Source: Chiloscyllium plagiosum
Taxonomy: Eukaryota
Assembly: GCF_004010195.1 (NCBI RefSeq)
Contig: NC_057754.1
Location: 13,174,224 to 13,238,223 of the forward strand
Reading direction: 5' to 3'
DNA: 64,000 nucleotides
Shown: in pieces, positions 62,779-64,000 of the stretch
Layout of the letters: each line of letters opens with the position of its first letter
Numbering within the stretch: the first letter of the stretch is position 1
The notes under the pieces: model-generated
Database searches by the model: none
What the model was told of the DNA's origin: nothing
What the model saw: only the letters and a program-made list of their open reading frames with translations
Made by a program: the position numbers and the translations under genes

Positions 62779-62844
62779 TGACATCTTATTGAATGACTAT
62801 CCTGGTGCATGAGCAAACTGGGCTCTATCCCCTTTATCCAATTC

Positions 62845-64000
62845 ATTGGAGTTCTGTGGACAGAAGTCAATACTGGGAATACATTGGCACACAGACCAGT
62901 ACATAGACCCACCAAGTGGGGAGCTGTAACATTGAAAAGGATCTGGGAATCTCCCTGTACACCAGTCACTGAAAGCAATATTGCAGGAACAGAAATCAGT
63001 TAGGAAGGTACCTGGTGTGTTCACCTTCATTTCAGGAGGATTTGAGTCCAGGATTAAGGGTGTCTTACTGCAGCTGGACAGGGCCTTGGTGAGACCCCAC
63101 CTCGAACATTGTGCAGTATTGTGTGCAGATTTGGTCTCCTTACCTAATAAAGGACAAACCTGATATTGAGGGAGAACAGTGAAAAATGACCAGACTGATC
63201 TCTCGGATGACAGAATTGTTGTGGGAGCAAAGTTTGGGACGTCTGAGCCTGTATTCCATGAGGTTTAGGAAAGTGAGTGGAGATATCAGTGAAATATGTA
63301 AAACACTGACAGGGCGAGACAGATTGGAAGCAGGGATGATAATTCCCCAGGCTGCAATGTCTAAAACAAAGGCCCACATTATGAGTACAGGCAGGTCACA
63401 CTGCATTGAGATGAGAATAAATGTCTGCACTCAGAGACTGGTGAACCTGGGAAATTCTCTCCTATGTAAGGCTGTGGAAGACAAGGCACTAAAGACAAAT
63501 AAGGATGTCTAGACACTGAGGGGCTGGGGGAGAGTGCAGGAGTATGGTGTGGAAAAAAGGGTCAGCCATCATTATATTGAATTGGGAATCAAACTCGACA
63601 GACCAAAGGGACTACTGCAGTTCCATTTCATAGCTTCACAAGGTTAATCACATTAAGGGAGTTGTACAGGGTGTGGGGAAAGTGCATTGAGGAGATGTTC
63701 AGACATGAACTAGAATAGGGGAGGCTTAATGTGCTGTATGGCCTACTCCATTCCCGATGTTTCTGTGCAGTCTGTGGGAAAGCTCTGTAAATGTTGACAC
63801 AAGTTCTCAGATGTTAGGAAGAAGGTCTTTGCCAGGTCGGCAGGACTGTGTTTCCCATTCCTTTTTTCCAATACCGAGGCTGGGGCCTTGTGTTCAGTAC
63901 GGGTTTATCCTTTAAGACCTCGGAGCAGTTTGATACAATTGAGTGTCTTGCTTGGCCGTTTCAGAGACCATTGCGTTTATCACATGGCTGTGTATCTGAA
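62845..64000 (+). repeat. Inverted duplicate of 27725-28870 (CR1 3' end plus flanks), runs off the window
   Basis: Colinear reverse-complement match; peptide LVRPHLEHCAVLCADL. Confidence 0.88.

Noticed and set aside
62123..62812. Cys/Pro-rich ORFs as keratin-associated or metallothionein-like genes
   Set aside because: Open in several frames on both strands because the repeat unit lacks stops; no gene structure.

Overview
Eukaryotic, transposon-saturated genomic DNA with two 500-N scaffold gaps. The repeat families point to a cartilaginous fish (shark); this is an inference. No intact host gene is visible. Most of the window consists of decayed CR1/L2-clade LINEs, Penelope-like elements (PLEs) carrying hammerhead-ribozyme motifs, a Gmr1-type Gypsy LTR element plus solo LTRs, tRNA-derived SINEs, PIF/Harbinger relics and minisatellites. 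These are arranged in nested segmental duplications: inverted 1-6.3 kb vs 15.5-19.9 kb, direct 3.4-9.1 kb vs 52.4-60.8 kb, and inverted 27.7-28.9 kb vs 62.8-64 kb. Between the repeats, and not recognisable in the ORF track, lie splice-site-bounded relic exons that look like a dead MHC-like gene cluster. One is a four-exon class II alpha-architecture pseudogene (46.1-50.7 kb, +). Two are paralogous minus-strand pseudogenes whose first domain resembles class I alpha2 followed by a C1-Ig exon (7.8-10.0 kb and 56.3-60.7 kb). There is also an orphan C1-Ig exon (25.7-26.0 kb, -). The class I/class II mixture suggests W-category-like or otherwise divergent MHC genes, but this rests on by-eye motif matching across frameshifts and needs HMM/BLAST confirmation. 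TE boundaries are approximate.
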